From Octopus vulgaris (lineage: Eukaryota): a stretch of 64,000 nt of DNA. The stretch spans positions 73,222,001 to 73,286,000 of the forward strand of contig OX597828.1 in NCBI GenBank assembly GCA_951406725.2, given 5' to 3'. Positions 25,441 to 41,324 of this stretch are shown piece after piece (the stretch's first letter is position 1; each line of letters starts with the position of its first letter). The notes beneath the pieces were generated by a model. The model worked only from the letters and a program-made list of their open reading frames with translations. It was not told the origin of the DNA and ran no database searches. The position numbers and the translations under genes are program-made.

Positions 25441-26539
25441 TTAGACAGAGGGAGGGAGTGCGAGAGAGCCACACAGAGAGTACAATAATAAATGCCTCAC
25501 AGATGTGAGTATAGAAAGCGTTTTAAAAGAAGATAATTCTCTGAAGCAGATTTGTAAGAAAGTTCGTTTTGCAATCAATTCTTAGTTTTATTTAATTTAA
25601 TTGAAATTAATTTGTGTTTTATGACGTGAACTATAGAATATCGACTGCAATGTTCAAAGTGATGCCTTTCGATACAAATAACTCTAAAATTCATCCACGT
25701 TACACACTTTTCAGGCAATCGGTTTCCATGTATATTTTATAGAAATATAACAAAAATATTTATTGTGTGTAGACAAATCCTGCGTTTTATCGTTATTAAG
25801 TTTTCGATAAACATAAATTCAACTCACGTTTATAGATTTCCCTTCCTATATATGACAATTTTATTTTCTTGTGTCCTTTCGTTTTAACCATAATTATTTC
25901 ATTATATTTATGCTGTAAACATTTAATTAATCAATAGCTATTTATCCTGATTATTCATATGCCATAGAATAATTTACATGAACCACTATGACAACAAAAG
26001 CAACTATATCTTCTACAACAAAATTTATAATATTAACAAGACTAAGAGAGGCAGTAACAACACATTGGAAAGTGCTTGATTTTATATACGTTGTTTTTGC
26101 TTCTAGAGTTAATGTTCCAGTTGTTGTTCTACAGTGTTGTTGATAATACTACTGTTGTTGTTGTTGTTGTTGTTCTTGTTGATTATGTTGTTAACGTTAT
26201 CGTTGGTACAGTTGTTGTGTTCTAAACACACACACACACACATGCGCACACGCACATGCCGATAAATGCACATTCATATACACATGCACACACATACAGG
26301 GTGCGGAGGGTAGAGAGGCTGGTTGAATGGCAAAAGGTAAGAACTTGGGAAAGGGAGAATGAATGAATGAGTGAATGAATGAATGAAAGAGGGAATGAAG
26401 GAAGGAAATCAGAAAGGAAGGAAGGAGGGAAGATAAAACGAAAGAAATAAATGAGGAGAAGGGGAGGAGGAAAGAAGAAAAATATCGAAAGAAGTGAATG
26501 GAAAATCAAATTAAGCTAAGTCATTTATTGTTGTTGTTG

Positions 26540-26610
<71 letters not shown>

Positions 26611-26612
<2 letters not shown>

Positions 26613-26825
26613 GGCGGCAAGCTGGCAGAATCGTTAGCACGCTGGACGAAATGCTTAGCGGTATTTAGCTCTTCGCTAAGTTCTGGGTTCAAATTCCGCC
26701 GACGTCGAGTTTACCTTTCATCCTTTCGGGGCCGATAAACTAAGCACCAGTTGATTAGTGGTGTCGATGTAATGAACTATCCCCCCATCCCCCAAATCTC
26801 ATGCCTTGTGTCTTTAGTAGAAAGG

Positions 26826-26826
<1 letters not shown>
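26611..26826 (+). mobile_element. SINE family A copy between (ATT)n runs
   Basis: Same head and central domain as 49032. Further diverged copies lie near 27670, 27970, 32716, 39490-39860 and 49687. Confidence 0.8.
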
Positions 26827-26914
<88 letters not shown>

Positions 26915-26916
<2 letters not shown>

Positions 26917-27597
26917 CTTCGTAACACAGACTAAGTAAAAATACACTGGATTCTTTAGTCATCTGTCAAGTCACAACAAGGACCTCACACAGATAATACT
27001 TTCCTTAAGATTTTGTCCAATAAGGCTGCTTTTTGCAAGACATCAATCTTGTATGGGATTTCCAGTTGCCTTAAAAAGTCTTGAAGTTCTAATGGTATTG
27101 AGCCCAACGCTCCGATCACCACTGGTATCACTTTTACATTGCCCTCTCGCATTCCACACATTCTTGCCATTTCCACTTTCAATTCGGAGTACTTGGTGTT
27201 TTTTTTCAACCTCTTTACTCACAACATTCATGTCGTTTGGTATGGCTACATCAATGATCTGACAGTATTTGCCTCTCTTATTCAATATGACAATAACCGG
27301 CCGACGGTGTTCGTTTACCCGATCCGTCTGAAAAATCATAGTCGCAGAGTATCGTTACTTTTCCATCCTCCTGCATAATTTACTTGATACATGCTCATAC
27401 CAGTTCTCTGTTACTTAAAATTGGTATTTACGGCATAAGAGCCAATGAAGATACATACAAATTTTATGGTGGCGGTGCTTGTATTCTTTTTGTGCAAGGC
27501 ACGCACATACACTTACCAACTGGGTCACATTTTCCACACTCTTTCCTCAGACTCTACATTTCTGGGTATCAGAAGTTTTGTAGATGTTACTCCTAAA

Positions 27598-27600
<3 letters not shown>
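26915..27600 (-). mobile_element. 5'-truncated R4/Dong-like non-LTR retrotransposon fragment (RLE domain)
   Basis: QTDRVNEHRRPVIV..IIDVAIPND..KYSELKVEMARM..VKVIPVVIGALG restriction-like endonuclease motifs, frameshifted, flanked on both sides by (ATT)n. Confidence 0.85.
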
Positions 27601-27669
<69 letters not shown>

Positions 27670-28590
27670 AGGTGGTGAAAGCGAAGAAAACCGATGTTTA
27701 GCACACCGGACAAAACAGTTCGCGGCAATTCGTTCATCGTTACGTTCCGGGTTGAAATACCGACAAGTCGACTTCACCGTTCATTCTTTCGGGGTCGATA
27801 ACACAAGCACCAGTCAGACACGTCACCAGACTTTGGTGCGTTGGAATGCTTCAGAATATTGTGCATGGGGACTAATCTCTGTATATCCAAGGGGGCACCA
27901 TTGAATAGAGAGGGCGAAGTGCCGTGCAGTGCACCTCCTTTGCGATAGGATTATTACTGTGTTATTAATAGCAGCGAGCTGGCAGAATGGTTAGCATGAC
28001 GGACAAAATGCTTAACGTCATTTCGACTGTGTTTACGTTCTGAGTTCGAATTCCGCCTACGTAGATTTTACCTTTCATCATTTCGAAATCGATAAAATAA
28101 GGAGTTAAGAACTTGGGTTGATATAATCAACTTTTCTCCCCGCACACTTCCACCCCAAATTGCATGCCTTGTGCGTATAAAAGAAAGAGAAAAGAGATAG
28201 TATGTCATTAATTAACGCAATGATTTACATCTATATATGTATATATATATAGATATATATATATTATATTTATTTATTGAGGCAATGTGATATGTATTCT
28301 ATATTTATTCATGCAATATAATACATATGTGATAACAAAATGAAAGGAATAATCCTCGCCTTTCATATTTCCGACATTTTTATGCGAATAAAGAAACAAA
28401 ATGCGTGTTTAATTAAAACTTCCACGCACACTTATCGCCCACATCCTCTCATCGATAACAACATTATCAGCAGTGATATTAATATCGATGATGATAATGA
28501 TGATGATAATGATGACGACGACGACGACGACGATGATGATGATGATGATGATGATGGTGATGGTGATGATGATGATGGTGATGGTGATGG

Positions 28591-28622
<32 letters not shown>

Positions 28623-29119
28623 GTGGTGATGATGATGATGATAATGATGATGATGATGATGATGATGTTGATGATGAAGGTGATCATTCGCTCTGCTGCA
28701 TTGCTATCGCTTAGTATACACATCTCGGTGAGATAATTTTGTCCTATGTCCATTGTTCTCTTTCAAGGCGAAAAACACATGGACATCAAAAAAAAAAAAA
28801 AAGAAAAGAAGGTGCGGCTCTATGTGTGTATGTGTGTGTGTGTGTTTAAAATGAAAGAGGTGGGCGACTGAGAGCAGTGTAATCAATAGAAATAAAATCA
28901 ATAATCTTTCATTTTATCCTTCCTTTGTTTCAACGTCTTTCGTTTCCTTTTTATTATATATATACATATATTCGTTTATACTATCTTTCATCTTTATTTT
29001 AATTATCTGCTTTTCCTTCCCTTTGAGATACGATTTTATTGGATTTTAAAATATGAAACAGAATATAAGTGCATATGTGCGCGTATACGCAAGTATATAT
29101 ACCTATATATAATACATAA

Positions 29120-29234
<115 letters not shown>

Positions 29235-29703
29235 TATATATGTCTGTATGTCTGTGTGTGTATGGTTGTGCAATATTTTCTATATGAAATTATATAGTGA
29301 GAAATGGTAAATATGGAAAGCTTTGATAACTTACAGAGTAAAATTTAATGATGCTTTGTTAAAATAAATTTATGTACAAATGATGTGTATGTTAATTATT
29401 TAGCCGAGTAAACGTTGTGCCTCGTATAGATTAATGGATTAACGGGAGTGACGAGTGAGGTAGGAGGGAATGCGAGGGACAGTCAGAGTCAACCTCATAC
29501 ACACATTAATGTGCGATATATGTTCATATATATATATATATAGAATTATGTACCTATGTATATATTTAGGCTAAAATGTATATATACCCGGTATACATCT
29601 ATATATGCCTTTCCGTCTACTCTCGCAACCTCTCTCCACTTTTCTTTCTTTGTGTGTCTCCTTCTCTCTGCATTTATATATACGTGTATATATATATATA
29701 CAG

Positions 29704-29747
<44 letters not shown>

Positions 29748-29846
29748 TGATAGACAGCTAGACAGCTAGATAGATAGGTAGATAGATAGATATATAGATA
29801 TATAGATAGATAGATAGATAGGTAGCTAGCTAGCTAGCTAGCTAGC

Positions 29847-29909
<63 letters not shown>

Positions 29910-30845
29910 GTAGATAGATACAGAGTATAATTCTGATAAAAACATTCGACCACGCATCAAGGAGCCCATATGCAGTTATTTGGCCACCACATGTCATTCT
30001 ACAGTACAGTATAATCGCCCCACCGGATGAAGGGCTCTCTTATGGCTGTTTAGTGATATTTAGCTATCTAGCTATCTAGTGATTATAAAGAATAATCTTG
30101 TATAGTTGTATGTAAATATAGATTGAGCAACTTCAATCTGGTGTGCTCGTGCAGAAACAAATGCTTTGTACGTCTGTTTAAGCTTGGTATACCCATATAC
30201 CCCAACTTTGTTTTAAGTGTGTGGTGTGTTTGTGTTTGTTTGTGTGTGTGTGTGTGTGTTTGTTTGTTTGTTTGTGTGTGTGTGTGTGTGTGTGTACAAA
30301 GCTAGACTGTTACTCGAGTAGAGATAATCTTATAGGGCCCTCAATCACTATTTCAAAAAACCAATGAATCAATCGAAACAATAATATACAATAAGACGTT
30401 AAAGCAGGAAGTGTCCATTATACTTTATGTAACCGTGAATTCCCTCCAGCTAAACATTGCTCTTTCCATATTCTATATGTTATTTGCCAACTGGGTAAAC
30501 AAGGCAGGTAGATTTAAGTAGAAATACGGTAGATTATCATTTGTATCGTTTAGAGCGATATCTAATTTTAATGAACTGGTATTATTCTTGCAGTCAGTAC
30601 ACGATATGTTCTTGCTCCATCTGTACGGCCATATGAAGCAATAAAGAAGAGAAATAACTCCAATAAAAATGTGCAAACTCAGATGTTTGGGAGATAATGG
30701 TGTTGTAAATGACAATGTATTTTGTTTTTAAGAGCAAGTGGCGAAATAAGGTTCCGATCTTATTGGAGCACTTCAGAGATTCCTATTCTACTCAAGCGAC
30801 GCGGAATGCAAGTGCTCAGTGTATGCACAAACATAAAATACATCG

Positions 30846-30918
<73 letters not shown>

Positions 30919-32662
30919 CGTGTTTGTGTAAGTGTATGTGAATACAATCACATACACACTCCATGAATGTGAAGGAAATATGGGCACAGTATGACTACGA
31001 CAAATAGATTGAAGAATATTTGAACTCAAAACCATATTCGAGAACCTTCTTACGCAGACCTGTGGTTAAAGATAATCGAAGTAGAACCATAATGTCTTTA
31101 TTTCAGAACAATGTGATGCAAGATATGTCGTCTCATGGGCTGTTTCGTGTCTCTAATGTATTTAAACGTGTATTAAAAGGAAATATAACTCTTGTTCGGA
31201 ACACTAAGCATGATTAAGAAGCAATCATTTTCTTTTTCCTGAGTTAAGTTTATTGACCAACGACATGTACATACCCTTGAGTGGCTCATAATTTGAATTT
31301 AGAAAACAAGATTATGACCGCAAACTGATGGTCGCCGACCTTTTGTTGGTCAATGAAGTTGAGGTGGGAGGAACATATTGCGTCGCTGACGGCCGAGTAA
31401 ATATGTTTTAGGTAGAATTCATTGACCGATGTTGACCACAACTCTACACATGCACACACAAACATGGGCATTTTTTAAAGGCAGACTAGCATGTACCCCC
31501 GAATGAATTATCCCTTTATGATGTTTGTCCAAGAAAGAAGCCCCAACCACCATGGGCCGATATAGCTTGAATTCATCTACTTTAGAAACGTTGTCAGAAT
31601 GCAAAATGCCAGAAAAAATACCAGAAGACATCTTACCCAATCCAACAACAATCTGCCGACCTCGGGGCATACTTTCCTTTTCATCGACCTCAAAATGATG
31701 GTGGTTAAAGTTTACTTCGATGGAACTTGAACTCAGAACACAAGAGTCAAAGTACATGCCATGATACGTTCTGATATGCTGGACCCTTACAGAAACTTAC
31801 TGTTTAAAATCGGTTCTATAATATTTTTTTAAAATTAAATATTAATAGTAATTCTATAAAAGGCCTTCTTAAAATACTTCATGTAGTGCAGAGTGTAACT
31901 AATTTATTGCACATAAATTTTAACAACAAAATCTTATATGGACCTTCAAGGGTAGCATTTATCCCCGACGGCCAGCTGGAACCCGATTGAAAACCACTGA
32001 TCTAAAGCATCCACAAATTCGCCGTCATCAATATAGATCGCGAGATGAGCAAAGTTCTCTTGTGATCACTCATTCATTTTGAAACTTTCTTTGTAAATCT
32101 TGAATTGCTTTAGTAAAAACCTGTAAATTGCAGATTACCAGTTCTTTCTTTTCTCACTCACTCATCTCGGGATTTCGCGAGTGTGTATAGCAAACAATAT
32201 GTAACATTTCTTGTTGACAATCAGGATTGGATTCTTTCCTATTCTTCAATTTATTTAGTCAATCAAACCTGTTAATTTGATTTGGTTTTCAATTCGCTTC
32301 TTTCCGGTCTTCTTCTCTTCCAAAATAAAACAAAAGAAGAAGAAAAAAACGAAAGGAAAAAGAGCAGAAGAATGGTCATTCCGTGTTGAGGTCACTTAGA
32401 ATGGACTGATCGTTCTCACAAACGCTTGATTAGTTCTTCATTACAAGAATGCCTGTTTTTGATTTCTGACAACATAAGAAGAATTGTTGAACAAAAGACG
32501 AGGTTTGTGTGCATGTATCGATGTGTGTGTGTGTATGTGCGAGTCTGTGCGTGTGTGCAGGGAGGGGTGCCGTGTGTGTGTGTGTGTGTGCCATTCTTGA
32601 AGTTGATTTATTTCCTCCATACAACTTCGGTGAGCGATGTAAATGCAATTTTTGTAGCGTCT

Positions 32663-32716
<54 letters not shown>

Positions 32717-34065
32717 GCACGTCGGTCGATATGCTTAGCGGTGTTTCGTTTGCCGCTACGCTCTGGGTTGAAATTCCGCCGAGGTCAGCTTTTACGCACT
32801 GGGGTCGATATAGTGGACTAGCCCTCTTCATCCCCAAATTTCAAGGCTTTGTGCCTAAAGTGGAAATAATAATTATTATTATTTGTTGTAAAGTGGAAAT
32901 AATAATAATTATTATTTGTTGTAGCAGCACGCGTCTTTTCTTTTGCTCCCCTTTAAGTGCGAATTTCTATATTTCATGCTTAGTAAAACATCTTAGGTAA
33001 CACTAATTTAGTTGTGACAAGAATTGAATTCTGCACCGAAAACTAATAAATCAATCGTCAATTAGAAAATAAAGGCATTGTCCGCTTTCGAACAGTGGCC
33101 GAGTCGATAATTAAGAGAAGTTAACGGTCGAAAGGTCGGTGGTTCGAGTCGCATGATGAACAACGAAAAAAAATATATAACATCTGAATTTTGTGGTTTA
33201 AATGTTCCAAGACTCGTATAAAACTCCAGAGGTTTAAAATACTTCCAAGTATGTTTCTAAAGTTAATTTTGTAGTGTGTCTAATTAATACAGATTAGAAT
33301 CGCCATATGTATAATCACACCAAATCAGTGAATATGTATCTACCTTTGTATAGCAGTGAGTGTAATTTTAAAGTACAGTAATTATAATATTGTTATATTA
33401 CAACTGCTTTTTGTTGTTTTGAGAGGGAAATGAGTGAATTCATCCATTCTACAGCTAGAAAGTATTCGATTTGTAAACAGCATTTCATTTGTGTTTTATT
33501 GTTTAATTATAAGAGATACATGGAAAGTACATACAAATAAAAATTTATTACGTACAGGCTTCGAATGCCATTTAGACAAAACACAGGGTTAAAAATGATA
33601 CATGACGAGACTTTGAATACTCCCTCACAAAGAAAGCAGTTCGCAAAGAATGCGATCGAAATAAATACAAATAAACAACGGATTTTCCAAAGCAATAATA
33701 AATGAGCCAACCCATAGTACAATACAAATACAAAATACACAAATATACCAAATATCAACTAATTTGATATATACATATGTATATTTAACGGAAGAAGGCA
33801 TTTCTTTATATAAAAATTCTATGTATGTGCTTATGGAAGGGGGAGAGCAGAAATTCTTCGCTTGCATGTTTGAATTTGTTGGCACTGTTAGTTTCGAGTA
33901 GATCTTCGGAGGCGATGGGAAGCCGAAAAGGTATGCTCCTACTTTCAGTGTTTTCAAATCCAAACCAGGGAGTTCTGAGTTGATGATAGAAGTGTCGTTT
34001 TTGACTAATCTTGAAACGTACGTTCTCAAATAACCTTTGCATTTGATTTTTTAATGTTTCTACCC

Positions 34066-34096
34066 TCATACTTTCGTGAGTTGAATTGAGCAAACA
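34066..34096 (-). CDS. Uncharacterised gene, terminal coding exon (NVCSIQLTKV*)
   Basis: Acceptor tctctctcgtatag with phase compatible with exon 3. Followed by about 570 nt of unique sequence and AATAAA at 33500-33495. Confidence 0.45.
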
Positions 34097-34308
34097 CTAT
34101 ACGAGAGAGATTTTCTTTAAGTATTGGAAATAGTTTTAGAAAAGTTTTTTTAGCTGCTATTTCTAATGAGTTCAGTATGCGGCAAAGTAATTTATTTTAC
34201 TAAGCCCTTTTATATAATGTAATAATTTGAATTCGCCTTAAATGGTCCCTTTGCATACTGAATACTTGGTGAAATTGATAAATTAATTAATTTTACCCTC
34301 AATTGTTG

Positions 34309-34482
<174 letters not shown>

Positions 34483-34529
34483 TATCATAAATGAAAAATG
34501 TAGTGTAAATACACAAACAAGCAAAAGCG

Positions 34530-34562
<33 letters not shown>

Positions 34563-34647
34563 CGCACAAATATATTTGATATGCATATATAGGAAATAAA
34601 TTGATATACCTATGCACACACACATACATATAATACAAATGTGTACG

Positions 34648-34696
<49 letters not shown>

Positions 34697-34912
34697 ATAG
34701 ACACAAACCTATCGATAAACCTAATTGGAGTAGCCTCCAAGAATGCGCTGTATATGCAAATTAGGTAATCCAATTTATTTAAGCCCTGTGCAATATTTTG
34801 AAAAAGGGTTGCTAAGCAGTGTAGCCGTAGAGGGTAAAATAGTTCTACTCACTCAATCAACACTCACACAAACACACACACACATCTGTATATATATACA
34901 TACATACATACA

Positions 34913-34948
<36 letters not shown>

Positions 34949-35287
34949 TATATACATATATATTGATAGACAGATAGACAGTTAGATAGATATAATTCAT
35001 ACTGACTTACGCATCAGCGCATACACATTTATACGCGTATGTGTGTGTTAGTCAATGCGTCTCTATATATTTGTGTATAAACAACTTTCATTTACTTTTA
35101 GCGTTAAACTAATACAATATTTGTTAGACGTGTCCCTTCTGTATTTTTTGTTTTTGCTTTTGTTCATTGCCTGACAATATATATATATATGCACATCACG
35201 CACTCTCTCTCACACACACACATATGTATATATATATTTGTATGTATATATATATCTATATCTATATCTACACATGTTTATATATAC

Positions 35288-35385
<98 letters not shown>

Positions 35386-35669
35386 GTATGTATGCATGTA
35401 TGTATGTATGCATGTATGTATGCATGTATGTATATATATGAATATATGTATGTATACCATCCTACTGTATATTACCTGAAAAGTCTAAATTCAAATTACT
35501 ACAATTTTATTCGAAATCACTGCCTGATAAGTGCCTTGGAAGAATGACAACACCATTCTAAAAGTCAGGCATTCTTAGCCAATAAATGAAATTATATATA
35601 TTGAACTTCACGTGTTAAGTTCTATTTCTCAGTGCAATAAAGAACACAACATTACATATATTTAGCAAC

Positions 35670-35715
<46 letters not shown>

Positions 35716-36035
35716 GTATGTATAGATGTTTATATGTATAAGGTATGAATATATATGAGATTGAAAGTCAAAATACTTATATACCTATAGGAGATTGTAA
35801 AGATGTATGTAATAAAATATATAGAGGAAATTATAAATAGTTACAACGCTGTATTAAACTGGTGCCGCTTCAATGTCGATAGTGGACTTGTAACTGAAAG
35901 CTATAAGTTTCATTGAATCAATTTTACGATCGATAAATACAGAAATACTATTTGCGTCAGGTGGTGGATTCTAATTTCATTTCTTACCGACACACGCGCA
36001 CACGCAAACGTAGACGCTATACGGGGCTGCCTGTG

Positions 36036-36126
<91 letters not shown>

Positions 36127-36405
36127 CATATGTATACACACACTCATATATATATGTATATGTGAACGTATATATATACATACTGCCTAAAGAGAGAGAG
36201 ATGTACGAGTGAGTGAATGAATGGATGTGTTCCTATGTTTATAATTATTTTCATATTAAAATGTCACCTGTTGCAAGATTAGTACCGTCTCCTACTTTTC
36301 AGAATTCACCCAGTCTCTCTTTCTCACACACATACATATATATAAATACAGATATACAAATATAGAGACTCATATACAGATACATATATATAGTCACACA
36401 TTCAT

Positions 36406-36485
<80 letters not shown>

Positions 36486-36635
36486 TATAGTTGTATACTT
36501 AAGCATATATATCTGTATCTGTTTATCTAATGACTATCTACTTATCTTTGTATTTGAATATTTCTACCCATCGCTTTCTTTCTTTCCGTCTCTCTCGCTC
36601 TATGTGTTTGTGTATATATATATATATACACACAA

Positions 36636-36734
<99 letters not shown>

Positions 36735-36739
36735 AACAT

Positions 36740-36770
<31 letters not shown>

Positions 36771-37041
36771 CAGACAGACAGACAGCCAGAGACTGAGAGA
36801 AAAGTGAGGGTATGCACAGAGAGATATAGATAGGCTAATATATGTTTGTATCTCCGTGTGCGTGCGTGCATGCGTTTTTCACCGAATGCACATTGCAATC
36901 TCCTGTATATGTGAATACGTATACGCAGCAACGTACGTAATTGCATGCTTGGCCTGCCCTTTATGAAAAGAACAAAATCTACGTAACCTTTTGTATATTT
37001 ATTCATTAATAAATTCTCCTATAATAGTCGTTACTGCTTAC

Positions 37042-37253
37042 TTTAATGTTGTTGGCACAGCAAAAGAAAACACCATAAACGTGCGACCTATCACTGAACA
37101 CGAATTATTTTTGTTTTGGGTGTTTGTTGCAAATTTTCTTTTTTCTTTCAACTGATTTCTCTGACATTGTTCTTGTATCAATAACTTGCCAATTCCTCTT
37201 TTATCTTCGTGTTTCCATTGGCGATGTTGTTTGTGTTGTTTTAACTGAGTTTT
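37042..37253 (-). CDS. Uncharacterised gene, coding exon 3 (KTQLKQHKQ...FAVPTTL)
   Basis: ctaat branch point, acceptor cctttatcacag (phase 0), 212 nt open frame, donor AA|GTAAGC (phase 2). Confidence 0.6.
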
Positions 37254-37618
37254 CTGTGATAAAGGCAATTAGCGTTATGTATTAACCATAAGAAGAAATA
37301 TATACGTACGAAGATGTTCTTCAACGTCATTGCGTATGTTTATATATATATACATATATATATACATATATATATAGGAAGAGTTTACGAAAAAAAAACA
37401 AAAGACGAAGACAGGTGGTGTACAAAACAAACAGATGCATTAGTATAACGCTCAGGAATAGAAAAAGTCTTTTACGTTTCGAGCCTACGCTCTTCTACAG
37501 AAAAGAGGTACAAACATTGAAACGCAACTGCAGTTAGTAAAAATAACAGTCTGTAAATTCAATATGGACGATTTAAATCTGCTTTTTAATCTAATAAATA
37601 AATTTTAGTTCTATGTCT

Positions 37619-37751
37619 GAAGAAGAAGAAGAAGAAGAAGAAGAAGAAGAAGAAGAAGAAGAAGAAGAAGAAGAAGAAGAAGAAGAAGAAGAAGAAGAAG
37701 AAGAAGAAGAAGAAGAAGAAGAAGAAGAAGAAGAAGAAGAAGAAGAAGAAG
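37619..37751. repeat. Pure (AAG)n microsatellite, about 44 units
   Basis: Read directly. It is one of very many (AT)n, (AC)n, (ATT)n, (GAT)n and (GATA)n tracts in the window. Confidence 0.95.
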
Positions 37752-38750
37752 GCAAGTAGCTGGCTACTGTTTGCGGCTATATTAAAGTTGACCTTGGTGG
37801 AGTTCGAATTTAAACAACAAAAATGGCTACTCCGTGTCACAAGGCATTTTGTTCGATATTTTTAAAGATTTTGTCGGACTTTCATGCCTTAAGCTATTTA
37901 CCAACCCGACCATCCTACCGAAGACCGAACCACTTAGTCGTACTTGTACATACATCTGGGAATACAAGATGTTACGATAATACTTCTGTCTGGAAGATTA
38001 TTTGATTGAGGGAGAAAAATTGCTTGTTTCTTCAAATCTGTTATAATACAATACTGAGTGTAAGAGTGTCATTCATATTAATCGACCTTACAATACTATG
38101 ATGTGTACGATTATCACTGAGGAAATATGAGTACGAGACAGCGAGCACATCTGATACAGACCAGTTGTGGGATGAATATTTCAGTTGTGCGGTTGCGTGA
38201 TTAAGAAACTCACTCAGCAATACTTTGCAGCCGATTCAATCCTATTGTGTGTCACCTTGCGAAAATGTTCCCTACCACAGCTTTGTTTTGCTGAGAGTTT
38301 TATGAAAGGAAATTCTTTGTGCCATAATGTATGTGTAGTCATAGGAATAAGAATGCTTCTCTTCATTACTAGTAGGCTAAATCTATTCCCCGGGCTAACG
38401 GCATCTCCTGAATTTGGGTTCTTTAACTTGTTCATTCAGTTGCAAGAAGAGTCATGGCTCAATAATATATTCATCCATTCGCAAATGCTCATATGATTGT
38501 GGACGGCAAATGCTCATATGATTCAATGACTTACATGTCAAGCTCAAATCTTTCATATAAGGTTGTTTAACGTAGAAGATATAATCCCATGTAGATAATT
38601 ACGTTAAAGACAAAAAATTGAGCGAATATGGTGTTGCGGCTTTCATTCATTTTACTTGAGAAAAGTTGGGATTTTTCATTGATGGCTATTGATTAAAACC
38701 CGGGATCGAAATCACGGATTCAGGTTCGTTTGACAGATTTGACCACTCAC

Positions 38751-38919
38751 GATGGCAGACAGCATACCTCTCATTCGCATCTCTTCTTTGAGATTCTTAC
38801 ATTCAACAACTATAAATGTGTCCCTCTGGGAAATATTATCAGACGCTTTTATCTCGAAATCATTCACAAATGATTCCAATGTCCAAGTCTTTTGGTATCT
38901 CGGTGACACGACGCGACGA
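38751..38919 (-). CDS. Uncharacterised gene, coding exon 2 (RRVVSPRYQKTW...RMRGMLSAI)
   Basis: Acceptor ttctttaattatcag (phase 2), 169 nt open frame, donor ATC|GTGAGT (phase 0). Non-repetitive, protein-like composition. Confidence 0.65.
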
Positions 38920-40339
38920 CTGATAATTAAAGAACGGACAAGCGAATAAATGAATAAAAACTGTTTATAGGAATGAATGTGTGTATGAATGGACAAATAG
39001 ATGGATGTAATAGGATGGGATGGTTGAGTGAGCTTTAAGAGCTACTACGACAACATTTTCCAAACATGTATACAAACGAATACTTGTTTGTATTCATTGG
39101 AACTATTCATTCACCAAACTGTCTGCTATTTGATCTCCTACTTAAGTGTCCTTTAAAACCATTTCTTATTGGCACCACAGAGATAAGATTTATTTGATAT
39201 CTTGAATAAATTCAAGTCGGTTGTGATCCTGTTCCAGTGATTTCAATAGAGTATCAATTGAAAACTTGAATTCATACATGAGCGAATGGGAATCATTTAC
39301 CAAATTTTAAAGATATCTATAATGTTTGTTTCTACAAATAAATAAATAAAACAATAACAACAAATAACTTAATAAAACGAAAGAAACCATAAAAACAGTA
39401 TATTTACATTTAGTCACAAATATTTGGTTTCAAATTGAAGAAGGAATTATAAAACATACAGGAATATTTAATATAATACGTTCAATTATTTCGTCTGACT
39501 TTACGTTTTGATTTCAAATTCCGCCGAGGCTGGCTTTACCTTTCGCGGTAGATGAATTAAGTACCAGTTGCGTACTGGGGTAGATCTAATCGACTGGTCC
39601 CCAATCCCAAAACTTCGGGCCTTGTACCTAGAATTGAAAAGAATATTCTAAGGCGGCAAAATACGTAGCCGTATTTCGTCTGTCTTTACGTTCTGAGTTC
39701 AATTTCCGCCGAGGTCAACTTTGCCTTTCATCCTATCGAGAAGGGAGGTCGAAAAATTAAGTACCAGTTGCGTACTGGGGTCGATCTAATCGACTGCCCC
39801 CCCCCCCCAAAAAAAAACAAATAAAATTTTTCGGACTTTATGCCTAGTGTAGAAAAGAATATAATAGGTTTCATTGTAAGAACCGTTTGAGCATCGGTCA
39901 AAATTAGCCGGAGAATTTGGAAGATTCAACAGAGTGTTACAGAAAATGGGCGGAAATTGGAAAAATAGAAAATCGGAGAAATGGGCGGAGAAGCGATAGA
40001 ATAGATAGAGGGTTGGGCAGATTATGCTGCACCGAACGATTCGATAGAGCATCGAAGAAAGTGATCAGTGGTTCGTCGGAATTACTAGATCGATCCACGA
40101 AGTATTTTGCTGTATTTAGTTACATTAGGGGTTTTGAGTTCAAATATCAATGAGTTCGACTTTGTTAATTTCCACTTTTACCATTCTGGATTCTGAATGT
40201 GTTTCAGGAAAATAAAGAAAAATACTCTGTCGTATTTAGCAACTGATATAATCCAGTACCTCCTACATGAATCACGAGGTCAGATACCATTATTTAGCAC
40301 AACATGTAAGGGTATTAAGCTTGAATTCATTCCTTCTCG

Positions 40340-40660
40340 TTCATACATCCTTTCGTGAACATCGCGAAGCGATGAGTACTTTTCCTAAACGTCATTTGTA
40401 GTTATGTGGCCCCTGATGACTATGAAGTCCGAATCTGGAGAGACAGATACGTCCGCAGTCTCGCTGTTGTTGACCTTCAGGTTACTACACGTACCGCCGG
40501 GCACGGCGTGCCACTTTACTCAGCAGTAGATCTTGGGGTTTGGTGGCGCCAGTCTTGAATGCGTCGCGCCACCTAGTGCGATCTGCTGCCATTGATTCGA
40601 GACTTCGTTGCCCTCTGGAATTGGTGTCTTGAAATCATAGGGTGGGAGTGCCACGAGTGG
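40340..40660 (-). mobile_element. RTE-clade LINE 3' fragment
   Basis: LESMAADRTRWRDAFKTG and the C2H2-like CGRICLSRFGLHSHQGPH are typical of the RTE C-terminus. Confidence 0.75.
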
Positions 40661-40775
40661 AGTGTCGATTAATTATCAGTTGTTGGTGTTTATCTAGTTA
40701 TTGTTATTGTCGGATGATGTCCAGTCTCACACTTTTAGTCAACCAAGACACACATACACACACACACGCATACAT

Positions 40776-40830
<55 letters not shown>

Positions 40831-40992
40831 CACAGTCAATATATGTAAACAAGCATATCTGCTAACTACACCATATAAGAACACGTACATACCTACAATA
40901 TATAAACACTCGTATATACCCATATACAAACAGGAATATATACACACGGAGCATAGAGTAATACAGAATTGTTAAAAAGCCGAACAACATAC

Positions 40993-41054
40993 GGATATTC
41001 TCTTTGTAAATTATTCTTTTTATGTAAGTCGTAAGAACACCTAACGTTTAACAT
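40993..41054 (-). CDS. Uncharacterised gene, coding exon 1 (MLNVRCSYDLHKKNNLQREY)
   Basis: Long pyrimidine tract, tandem AAG/TAG acceptors (exon start 41081 or 41078), in-frame stop upstream of ATG 41054, and phase-2 donor CC|GTATGT matching the next exon. Confidence 0.55.
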
Positions 41055-41324
41055 GGATAAATATTCATTTCGAGGTCACTACTTGGATTTAAGAGAATAT
41101 GGAAGAGAGAAAAAACAACGAAAACAAGTTGAATAAATCGATAACAACAGTGATTGCTATCACAAAATGTTCTAGCACACATACGCAAAAATTTAGCACT
41201 ATATATATATATATATATACACACTTGATATACTGTTGCTTATATACATATACGTATTTGAATGCACACACGCGCGCACAGAAACACACACAAAAAACAC
41301 ACATACACTCACCTCACACATAGA

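Noticed and set aside
33625-34093. 95-aa and 134-aa minus-strand ORFs
   Set aside because: They are out of phase with the upstream donor and are better explained as the 3'UTR of the four-exon gene.
37440-37510. Hammerhead-like motifs here and near 18730-18765 and 62725-62815
   Set aside because: The CUGANGA core or stem I is broken. These are at most decayed Penelope-type ends.
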